64,000 nt of DNA from Gammaproteobacteria bacterium (lineage in GTDB: Bacteria > Pseudomonadota > Gammaproteobacteria > Thiohalobacterales > Thiohalobacteraceae), in NCBI GenBank assembly GCA_019911805.1, contig JAIOJV010000052.1:45413-109412 (forward strand), in the 5' to 3' direction. Numbering within the stretch: the stretch's first letter is position 1; each line of letters begins with the position of its first letter. Shown in pieces: positions 57,035 to 64,000 of the stretch. The notes beneath the pieces are model-generated. The model made no database searches. It was not told the origin of the DNA and was given only the letters and a program-made list of their open reading frames with translations. Both the position numbers and the translations under genes were made by a program.

Positions 57035-57745
57035 ATGAATGTTGCTTCTCGGATGATCGCCTTGGGTCTGTTGGCTACACTGTCCGGCTGCGCCAACCGA
57101 CCGCCGTACGAAGACATCAGCGATCCGCTCGAACCCGTCAACCGGGCCGTCGATACCTTCAACGACAAGTTCGATCGCGCGCTGTTGAAGCCGACGGCCC
57201 AGGTCTACGAAAAGGCGGTGCCGCCGCTGGCGCGCAGCAGTGTGACCAACTTCTTCAGTAACCTCCGCGAGCCCATCGTGATCGTGAACAACCTGCTGCA
57301 GGGCAAGCCGCGGCAGGGGGTGGCGGATACGGGACGGTTGCTGGTAAACACGACTCTCGGTGTGTTCGGGCTGTTCGATCCGGCGACGCAGATGGGGCTG
57401 GAGAAGCACCATGAGGATTTTGGCCAGACCCTCGGGCGCTGGGGGGTGGGTGAAGGCTGGTATCTGGTGCTGCCCATCCTCGGACCGAGCACCGTGCGCG
57501 ACGGTGTCGGTATGGTGGTCGATTATCAGATCGATCCGCTGGCGCAGCACGATGAGGTGCGTGAGCGCAACTCCCTGGCCGCGTTGAGCGTGGTCGATAC
57601 CCGTGCGCGCCTGCTGAGCGCCACCAGGCTCCGTGACACGGCGGCCCTGGACCCCTACCTGTTCACCCGCGAGGCCTACCGGCAACACCGCTGGGACCGC
57701 ATCTACGACGGCCACCCACCGCCGCCCAGCTTCGACTACGAGTAA
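57035..57745 (+). CDS. mlaA: MlaA/VacJ-family outer-membrane lipoprotein
   Basis: ATG 57035 gives MNVASRMIALGLLATLSGC (lipobox). DPLEPVNRAVDTFNDKFDRALLKP...FFSNLREP match the VacJ family. Confidence 0.8.
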   Translation: MNVASRMIALGLLATLSGCANRPPYEDISDPLEPVNRAVDTFNDKFDRALLKPTAQVYEKAVPPLARSSVTNFFSNLREPIVIVNNLLQGKPRQGVADTGRLLVNTTLGVFGLFDPATQMGLEKHHEDFGQTLGRWGVGEGWYLVLPILGPSTVRDGVGMVVDYQIDPLAQHDEVRERNSLAALSVVDTRARLLSATRLRDTAALDPYLFTREAYRQHRWDRIYDGHPPPPSFDYE

Positions 57746-57929
57746 TCCCGCTACGGTACGCGCTTGAGTCCCCGGTCTGACCGGGGCGGGCCGCGGCCTG
57801 CCTCGAGCGGGGCGGCGGTTTGGACGAGGCACTGACACTGCCGCCCATTTTTGGGATAATCCGTCTTTCCGCGTGCTTCAGCGCCTGGCCCCAGAAGCGG
57901 GGCGACACCCCGGTAAGAACCTGCACTCC

Positions 57930-59012
57930 ATGACGAATCAATACGCTACCGACGACCTCCGCATCCTCAGCATCAAGGAGGTCACCTCGCCGGCAGAGCT
58001 GCACCAGGCATTGCCGGTCACCGAGGCCGCCGCTCGCACCACGGTGGCGACGCGCCACGCCATCCACGACGTCCTGACCGGCCACGACGATCGCCTGCTG
58101 GTGATCATCGGCCCCTGTTCCATCCATGACCCGGCAGCGGCACTGGAGTATGCACGCCGCCTGCGGGCGCTGCGCGAGCGCCTGGGCGAGGACCTGTTGA
58201 TCGTCATGCGCGTCTATTTCGAGAAGCCGCGCACCACCGTCGGCTGGAAGGGGTTGATCAACGACCCGAAGCTGGATGGCAGTTTCCGTATCAATGAAGG
58301 TCTGCGCATCGCCCGCAAGCTGCTGCTCGACCTGAACGAACTGGGTGTGCCGGCAGCGACCGAGTTCCTTGACCTGGTCAGCCCGCAGTATGTCGCCGAC
58401 CTGGTGAGCTGGGGTGCTATCGGCGCGCGCACCACCGAGAGCCAGGTGCACCGTGAACTCGCCTCCGGGCTGTCCTGTCCGGTGGGCTTCAAGAACAGCA
58501 CCGACGGTACATTCAAGGTCGCCATCGACGCGATCCGCTCCGCCTCCCACCCGCACCACTTCCTGTCGCTGACCAAGGACGGCCGGTCGGCGATCTTCTC
58601 GACCGCCGGTAACGAGGATTGTCATATCATCCTGCGTGGCGGCAAGCAGCCGAATTACGACACCGCCAGCGTGGCCCGGGCGATCGCGGACCTGCAGACC
58701 GCCGGTCTGCAGCTGCGCCTGATGGTCGACTTCAGCCATGCCAACAGCCTCAAGGATCATCAGCGCCAGATCGAGGTCGGCCGCGACGTGGCCGCGCAGA
58801 TCGCTGCCGGCAACCGTGCCCTGATCGGGGCGATGATCGAGAGTCACTTGCAGGCCGGTCGCCAGGACGTCATACCGCAGCAGGCACTGACCTACGGCCA
58901 GAGTATCACCGACGCTTGCCTCGGCTGGGATGACAGCGTCACCGTGCTGGAAATGCTGGCGGAGGCCGTACGCACGCGGCGCGGCGTACCGGACAGCAAG
59001 GTCGCGTCCTGA
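57930..59012 (+). CDS. 3-deoxy-7-phosphoheptulonate (DAHP) synthase, class I (AroF/G/H type)
   Basis: ATG 57930 (MTNQYATDDLRI). LLVIIGPCSIHD...MRVYFEKPRTTVGWKGLINDP...GARTTESQVHRELASGLS.PVGFKN. I cannot tell the isozyme. Confidence 0.9.
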   Translation: MTNQYATDDLRILSIKEVTSPAELHQALPVTEAAARTTVATRHAIHDVLTGHDDRLLVIIGPCSIHDPAAALEYARRLRALRERLGEDLLIVMRVYFEKPRTTVGWKGLINDPKLDGSFRINEGLRIARKLLLDLNELGVPAATEFLDLVSPQYVADLVSWGAIGARTTESQVHRELASGLSCPVGFKNSTDGTFKVAIDAIRSASHPHHFLSLTKDGRSAIFSTAGNEDCHIILRGGKQPNYDTASVARAIADLQTAGLQLRLMVDFSHANSLKDHQRQIEVGRDVAAQIAAGNRALIGAMIESHLQAGRQDVIPQQALTYGQSITDACLGWDDSVTVLEMLAEAVRTRRGVPDSKVAS

Positions 59013-59381
59013 TCGCCCCGATCACGAACTGGCGCCGTGGCGCAGGGTAGTGGATTGCCTCTTAGGTTTTAGACTGTAGATACTGTCTCCACGTCAAGCT
59101 CCACAATGCGGGGATGGGTCGGTGTGCGGGGTGACGGAACCGGCCTTGGTGCAGGCCTGCCGACCGGGCCACACCCTTCCGCCTCCGGCTGTCGCAAGTC
59201 GGCTTCACGGCGTGGCCCGGTCGGCAGCCGGATGCCGTGGGTTTACCCCCTGACAGATTCGCCTCCGGCATGGGGCTCAGGGCCCAGCACCACCGGGGCA
59301 TCCCTGCAACTACAACTGCGCCAGCCCATGCGTTCTTGAGGTACAATCTGCGGCTTTATCACACCGGGCAGTACTGAGCAT

Positions 59382-60480
59382 ATGTTGGAAATCAATCCCG
59401 TCCTCCACACCATCGAAGACCTCAAAGGCCGCGCCGAGAGCCTGAGGGGGTATCTTTGACTACGAAGGCAAGCGCGAACACCTGGAAGAGGTAAAGCGCG
59501 AGCTGGAACAGCCCAACGTCTGGGATGATCCCGAGCGCGCCCAGGGACTCGGGCGCGAGCGTGCGCGCCTGGAAGAGATCGTCCTGACCCTGGGCGACAT
59601 GAACGATAACCTCGAGGATGCCGCGGAGCTGGTGGAGATGGCCGGCGCGGAGGACGACGAGTCGACGCTGGAATCCGTGCGTGTCGATCTCGCCGCCCTG
59701 GAGAAGCAGATTGCCGCACTCGAATTCCGCCGCATGTTCTCCGGTGAGATGGATCCCAATAACGCCTTCGTCGACATCCAGGCCGGTTCCGGCGGCACCG
59801 AGGCGCAGGACTGGGCGGAGATGCTGCTGCGCATGTACCTGCGCTGGGCCGAACGCCACGGCTTCAAGACCGAGATCATCGAGGCCTCTGCGGGTGAGGT
59901 CGCCGGCATCAAGAGCGCCACCGTGAAAATCGATGGTGCCTACGCCTTCGGTTGGCTGCGCACCGAGACCGGCGTACACCGGCTGGTGCGCAAGTCGCCG
60001 TTCGATTCCGGCCACCGCCGCCACACTTCGTTCACCTCCGTGTTCGTCTCACCGGAAGTCGATGACAGTTTCGAAGTGGAGATCAATCCGGCGGATCTCA
60101 AGGTCGACACCTACCGCGCCAGTGGCGCCGGTGGTCAGCACGTCAACCGTACCGAGTCGGCAATCCGCATCACGCACGTCCCCAGCGGCATCGTGGTGGC
60201 CTGCCAGAGCGACCGGTCGCAACACAAGAACCGCTCCACCGCCATGAAGCAACTGGCGGCGAAACTCTACGAAATGGAGATGCAGAAGCGCCGCGCCGAT
60301 CAGCAGATCGTGGAGGAAAACAAATCCGACATCGGCTGGGGCAGGCAGATCCGCTCCTACGTGCTCGATCAGTCGCGGATCAAGGATCTGCGCACCGGCG
60401 TGGAGGTCGGCAACACCCAGGCCGTGCTCGACGGCGACCTGGACGACTTCATCGAGGCCAGTCTGAAGAGTGGACTTTGA
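59382..60480 (+). CDS. prfB: peptide chain release factor 2, requires programmed +1 frameshift: join(59382..59456,59458..60480)
   Basis: Frame 0 reads [25 protein letters not shown] then TGA (59457-59459). The +1 frame continues [29 protein letters not shown]... into tracked ORF 59599..60480, which contains SPF and GGQ ([11 protein letters not shown]). Total length is 365 aa, as in RF2. Confidence 0.9.
59444..59460 (+). promoter_or_regulatory. prfB: prfB +1 frameshift cassette
   Basis: GAGGGGG-TAT-CTT-TGA-C: a Shine-Dalgarno-like GGGGG sits 3 nt before the slippery CUU, followed by UGA-C. This matches my memory of the E. coli cassette AGGGGGUAUCUUUGAC. Confidence 0.9.
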
Positions 60481-60705
60481 GAGTGAGGCGTGAGGAGTGA
60501 GGCGAAAAGATATTGGCCACGGAAGCACACGGAAATACACGGAAATATCTATAAGGCTAGGGGCTCGCACGCTTGCAACGTTTGCACCACTGCCCAAGCC
60601 GGCTCCAGGGGCTACGGTCGTCCACGCTATGATTTTGGAATAATTTTTCCGTGTTGTTCCGTGTGCTTCCGTGGCCAATAAAGGTTTTACTCCTCACTCC
60701 TCACC
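60481..60705. repeat. composite element R8 filling the prfB-lysS spacer (inverted copy of R6)
   Basis: It starts at the first base after the prfB stop and ends 10 nt before the lysS ATG: GAGTGAGGCGTGAGGAGTGAGGCG...GGCCACGGAAGCACACGGAAATACACGGAAAT...core...TTTTTCCGTGTTGTTCCGTGTGCTTCCGTGGCC...CTCCTCACTCCTCACC. Confidence 0.85.
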
Positions 60706-60715
60706 AGAGAAAACC

Positions 60716-62218
60716 ATGAACGACAGTGAAGACAAGCAACAGGACGAGCATCGGCTGATCGCTGAGCGCCGCGAGAAGCTCCGGCTGCTGCGTGCCGCGG
60801 GCATCGCCTTTCCGAACGATTTCCGCCGTGACGCCCTGGCCGGCGAGCTGCATGCCGAGTATGGCGACCAGTCCACCGAGTCCTTGGACGCCGGGGCGCG
60901 CCGCGTACGCGTGGCCGGGCGCATGATGGCCAAGCGCATCATGGGCAAGGTCAGCTTCACGCACATCCAGGATATGTCCGGGCGTATCCAGCTGTTCCTG
61001 GGCCGCGACAGCCTGCCGGATGGTGTTTATCAGCAGTTCAAGGGCTGGGATATCGGCGATATCGTTGGCGCCGAGGGTGTGTTGTTCAAGACCCGCACCG
61101 GCGAACTCAGCGTCAAGGTGGAGCAGATCCGCCTGCTGACCAAATCACTGCGGCCGCTGCCGGAGAAATTCCATGGCCTGGCGGATCAGGAGACGCGCTA
61201 TCGGCAGCGTTATCTCGATCTCATCATGAACGAGGCCTCGCGCAGCATCTTCCGGCTGCGCACCCGGATCATCCAGTACATCCGTACGTTCCTCGACGAA
61301 CGTGGCTTTCTGGAGGTCGAGACGCCGATGATGCAGCCGATCCCCGGCGGCGCCACGGCGCGGCCATTCATCACCCATCACAATGCCTTGGACATGCAAC
61401 TCTTTCTGCGCATCGCGCCGGAGCTGTATCTCAAGCGCCTGGTGGTCGGGGGCTTCGAGAAGGTCTACGAAATCAACCGCAGCTTCCGCAACGAAGGTCT
61501 GTCGACGCGCCACAACCCCGAGTTCACCATGCTGGAGTTCTATCAGGCCTATGCGGACTACCATGACCTGATGGACCTCACCGAAACCCTGCTGCGCAGC
61601 ATGGCACAGGCGCTGTTGGGCACCACGACCATCGCCTATCAGGGCGAGGACTACGATCTCGGCCGGCCGTTCGCGCGTATGACGATCAAGGAATCCATCC
61701 TGCATTTCAATCCGGACATCGTCGCCGCCGAGCTCGACGACCTCGAGGCCGCACGACGCATCGCCGTACACGCAGGCGTCGTGCTCAAGCCAGGCTATGG
61801 TCTGGGCAAGCTGCAGGTCGAGATCTTCGAGAAGACGGTCGAGCACCGCCTGGCGCAGCCGACCTTCATCACCGCCTATCCGACCGAGGTCTCACCGCTG
61901 GCCCGCCGCAACGACCACGACCCGTTCGTCACCGATCGGTTCGAGTTCTTCGTCGGCGGCCGTGAGATCGCCAACGGCTTCTCCGAACTGAACGACGCCG
62001 AGGACCAGGCCGAGCGCTTCCGCCGCCAGGTGGAGGACAAGGAGGCCGGCGACGAAGAGGCCATGCACTTCGACGCCGATTACATCTGCGCCCTGGAGCA
62101 CGGTATGCCGCCGACCGCGGGCGAGGGCATCGGCATCGACCGCCTGGTCATGCTGTTCACCGACGCGCCGTCGATCCGCGACGTGTTACTGTTCCCGCAT
62201 CTGCGGCCACTGGCATGA
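60716..62218 (+). CDS. lysS: lysine--tRNA ligase (class II)
   Basis: ATG 60716 ([22 protein letters not shown]). [37 protein letters not shown] and GIGIDRLVM motifs. Confidence 0.95.
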   Translation: MNDSEDKQQDEHRLIAERREKLRLLRAAGIAFPNDFRRDALAGELHAEYGDQSTESLDAGARRVRVAGRMMAKRIMGKVSFTHIQDMSGRIQLFLGRDSLPDGVYQQFKGWDIGDIVGAEGVLFKTRTGELSVKVEQIRLLTKSLRPLPEKFHGLADQETRYRQRYLDLIMNEASRSIFRLRTRIIQYIRTFLDERGFLEVETPMMQPIPGGATARPFITHHNALDMQLFLRIAPELYLKRLVVGGFEKVYEINRSFRNEGLSTRHNPEFTMLEFYQAYADYHDLMDLTETLLRSMAQALLGTTTIAYQGEDYDLGRPFARMTIKESILHFNPDIVAAELDDLEAARRIAVHAGVVLKPGYGLGKLQVEIFEKTVEHRLAQPTFITAYPTEVSPLARRNDHDPFVTDRFEFFVGGREIANGFSELNDAEDQAERFRRQVEDKEAGDEEAMHFDADYICALEHGMPPTAGEGIGIDRLVMLFTDAPSIRDVLLFPHLRPLA

Positions 62219-62397
62219 TATATTAATCTTTATTATCATGTATTTATTTAGTATATCGGTGGTAGTATCTATATTCAGTCGGGAATATGACACGGTGTAA
62301 CGAGCGGGTAAATGTATTCAGGAATGCATTTAGGTAAGATTCAGGAGTTTTCACTGCCGTCCCAATTGCCTTTACCCTAAAAATAAAACGCATTTCA

Positions 62398-62530
62398 GCC
62401 ACGGAAGCACACGGAAAAACACCGCAATGAAATCGCATCACGAAGCCCTGCCGCAACACCTGGCGGGTGACGTGAGCTGTTGTGTAGAGCCATATGATCT
62501 TGCCCGTGTTTTTCCGTGTGCTTCCGTGGC
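62398..62530. repeat. inverted-repeat element R9 (same subfamily as R1 and R2)
   Basis: GCCACGGAAGCACACGGAAAAACACC...CCCGTGTTTTTCCGTGTGCTTCCGTGGC, flanked by TTCA/TGAA. Confidence 0.85.
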
Positions 62531-62668
62531 TGAAATGAGTTTTTGGGGTTTATGGGACAGTAGTGAGAAGTTTTGATATGGGGTTTTGATATAAACCGGG
62601 GGTGCCTCCGATAACGCACCAAACCGCCGCTGCAGGGACGCGGGCGTTGTTCTCCATCTGTCCAATGG

Positions 62669-64000
62669 ATGCTGCCGCCTGTGAACCACCCCGACGACAA
62701 GGTCTCTTCGGCCGCTTACCTGCGGGAACTCGAGCTGGAACTGAGTCATCGCGAGTATGAGATCGAACTGCTCAAGGAGACTGCCCAGGCGGTCGGCAAC
62801 CAGCTCGACCTCGATCGCGTGTTGCAGCTGATCGCCGACCGGGCGCGCAGGCTCATTCAGGCCGAGACGCTGCTCATCCCGGTGCTGGACGAGGGCGCTC
62901 AAAACTACACCTACCGGGCCGGTGCGGGCCGCCATGCCGACGAGATCGTGGGACAGTCCCTGCCGCTGGAGTTCGGGGTGTGCGGCTGGGTGTGGCGCCA
63001 CAACCGGCCCTGGTGGCGCGGGATGCTGGACGAACTCGACGCGACCGAGCGCAACCGCTGGGAACGCGAGGCGGGGACCCTGATCCTGGTACCGTTGCGA
63101 GGCAAGGCGCAGTTCCTCGGGGGACTCGCCGGCATCGACAAGGTCGGTGGGGGTGACTTCACACGCCGTGACCTGAATCTGCTGTCACTGTTCGCCTCGC
63201 AGGTCAGTATCGCGGTGGAGAATGCCATCGCCTATGCGGAACTCGCCAAGGCCAAGGCCAAGGCGGAGGCTTATCAGCACGAGCTGAGCCAGCTGAATCG
63301 TACCCTCACCCACATCAACTCCGAGCTGGAATACCTCACCCTGCATGACCAGCTGACGGGGCTGCCGAACCGCTCGCTGGTACAAGACCGGCTGCAGCAG
63401 GCACTGTTCGCGGCCGAGCGCGATCACCACAGCATCGCTGTGATGGTCATCGATCTGGACAGCTTCAAGGAGGTCAACGACACGCTGGGTCACGCGGCCG
63501 GCGACCAGCTGCTGCAGCAGGTCGCCACCCGCTTAACCGCCGACCTGCGGCATACGGATACGGTCGGGCGTATGGGTGGCGACGAGTTCGCGCTGGTGCT
63601 GCCTCACATTGATGCCGCCAACGCGACCCAGGTCGCCCGTACTCTGCTGACGGCGCTGGAGGCCGACTTCGAGATCGAAGGTACACGGTTCTCGGTGTCT
63701 GCCAGCATCGGTGTGGCACTCTTCCCGGAGCACGGGCGGGACGTGGCGGCGCTGCTCAAGGGGGCGGATATCGCCATGTACTCGGCGAAGCAGATGCATT
63801 TCGGCTATGCACTGTTCGAGGCGGCCACGACGTTGCCACCGACCGGGCGGCTGAGCCTGTCCGGAGATCTGCGCCAGGCCCTGGCCGGCCAGGAATTCGA
63901 GCTGTACTACCAACCCAAGGTCGATCTGGAACGTGGGCAGATCTACGGGGTGGAGGCGCTGGCACGCTGGACGCACCCGCAGCGCGGTGCCGTCGCGCCG
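62669..64000 (+). CDS. GAF-GGDEF-EAL signalling protein, 5' 444 codons (continues past window end)
   Basis: My own translation from ATG 62669: MLPPVNHPDDKVSSAAYLRELELELSHREYEIELLKETAQAVGNQLDLDRVLQLIADRARRL... (GAF-like), HDQLTGLPNRSL...GRMGGDEFALVL (GGDEF), then EFELYYQPKVDLERGQIYGVEALARW (start of EAL). It is open at the window edge, so it is absent from the ORF track. Confidence 0.85.
   Translation, partial: MLPPVNHPDDKVSSAAYLRELELELSHREYEIELLKETAQAVGNQLDLDRVLQLIADRARRLIQAETLLIPVLDEGAQNYTYRAGAGRHADEIVGQSLPLEFGVCGWVWRHNRPWWRGMLDELDATERNRWEREAGTLILVPLRGKAQFLGGLAGIDKVGGGDFTRRDLNLLSLFASQVSIAVENAIAYAELAKAKAKAEAYQHELSQLNRTLTHINSELEYLTLHDQLTGLPNRSLVQDRLQQALFAAERDHHSIAVMVIDLDSFKEVNDTLGHAAGDQLLQQVATRLTADLRHTDTVGRMGGDEFALVLPHIDAANATQVARTLLTALEADFEIEGTRFSVSASIGVALFPEHGRDVAALLKGADIAMYSAKQMHFGYALFEAATTLPPTGRLSLSGDLRQALAGQEFELYYQPKVDLERGQIYGVEALARWTHPQRGAVAP

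Noticed and set aside
59013-59381. A known housekeeping ncRNA (6S, tmRNA, RNase P RNA, SRP RNA, cobalamin riboswitch) in the long spacer upstream of prfB.
   Set aside because: On neither strand could I find the conserved cores I remember: GAGGAAAGUCCGGGC for RNase P, the GGUUCGAAUCC T-arm with a tag ORF for tmRNA, AGGUCCGGAAGGAAGCAGCC for SRP, or a B12 box. Only the inverted repeat is reported.
62219-62397. An AT-rich ~180-bp patch immediately after lysS, as a remnant of a mobile element or a promoter island.
   Set aside because: It has no ORF, no repeat boundaries and no recognisable motif other than the adjacent R9 element. It may simply be the terminator/promoter region for the downstream GGDEF-EAL gene.

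Overview
The window looks like a GC-rich gammaproteobacterial chromosome. This rests on the thrS-infC-rpmI-rplT-pheS-pheT-ihfA and prfB-lysS syntenies plus RpoS, a PEP-CTERM protein, Kup and MlaA. I call about 45 protein genes and one tRNA-Pro(GGG). Recognisable modules: dbpA, a RIO kinase and an AI-2E transporter (0-2.9 kb); a DUF1326/DUF2182 pair; an RND efflux pair; a formaldehyde-detoxification operon (adhC-fghA-MFS); a copper module (cueR-copA-copZ-glutaredoxin-like); rpoS downstream of a four-gene phosphorelay; a 1-Cys peroxiredoxin; the thrS-to-ihfA translation block; emrAB-like efflux; kup; mlaA; DAHP synthase; prfB with its +1 frameshift; lysS; and a GAF-GGDEF-EAL protein cut by the window end. 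The standout is a 14.9-kb minus-strand operon (4592-19479) of four translationally coupled ORFs (287, 2506, 1054 and 1111 aa) that I cannot place in any named family. By eye these proteins have no NTPase motifs, signal peptides, RHS repeats or mobile or phage genes. They show only weak OmpA-like, FN3-like and catalytically degenerate PLD-like signatures. Second, a REP/MITE-like inverted-repeat family built on CACGGAA heptads has at least 11 intergenic copies, several inside operons. Smaller observations: a diverged duplicate of the thrS leader and start codon 2.2 kb upstream of the real one; a 144-bp tandem duplication of the tRNA-Pro 3' end plus terminator; a G-quadruplex-type tract before pheS; perfect palindromes upstream of rpoS; and a 16-bp perfect inverted repeat between the DAHP synthase gene and prfB. 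All family assignments come from reading the translations. No database search was possible.
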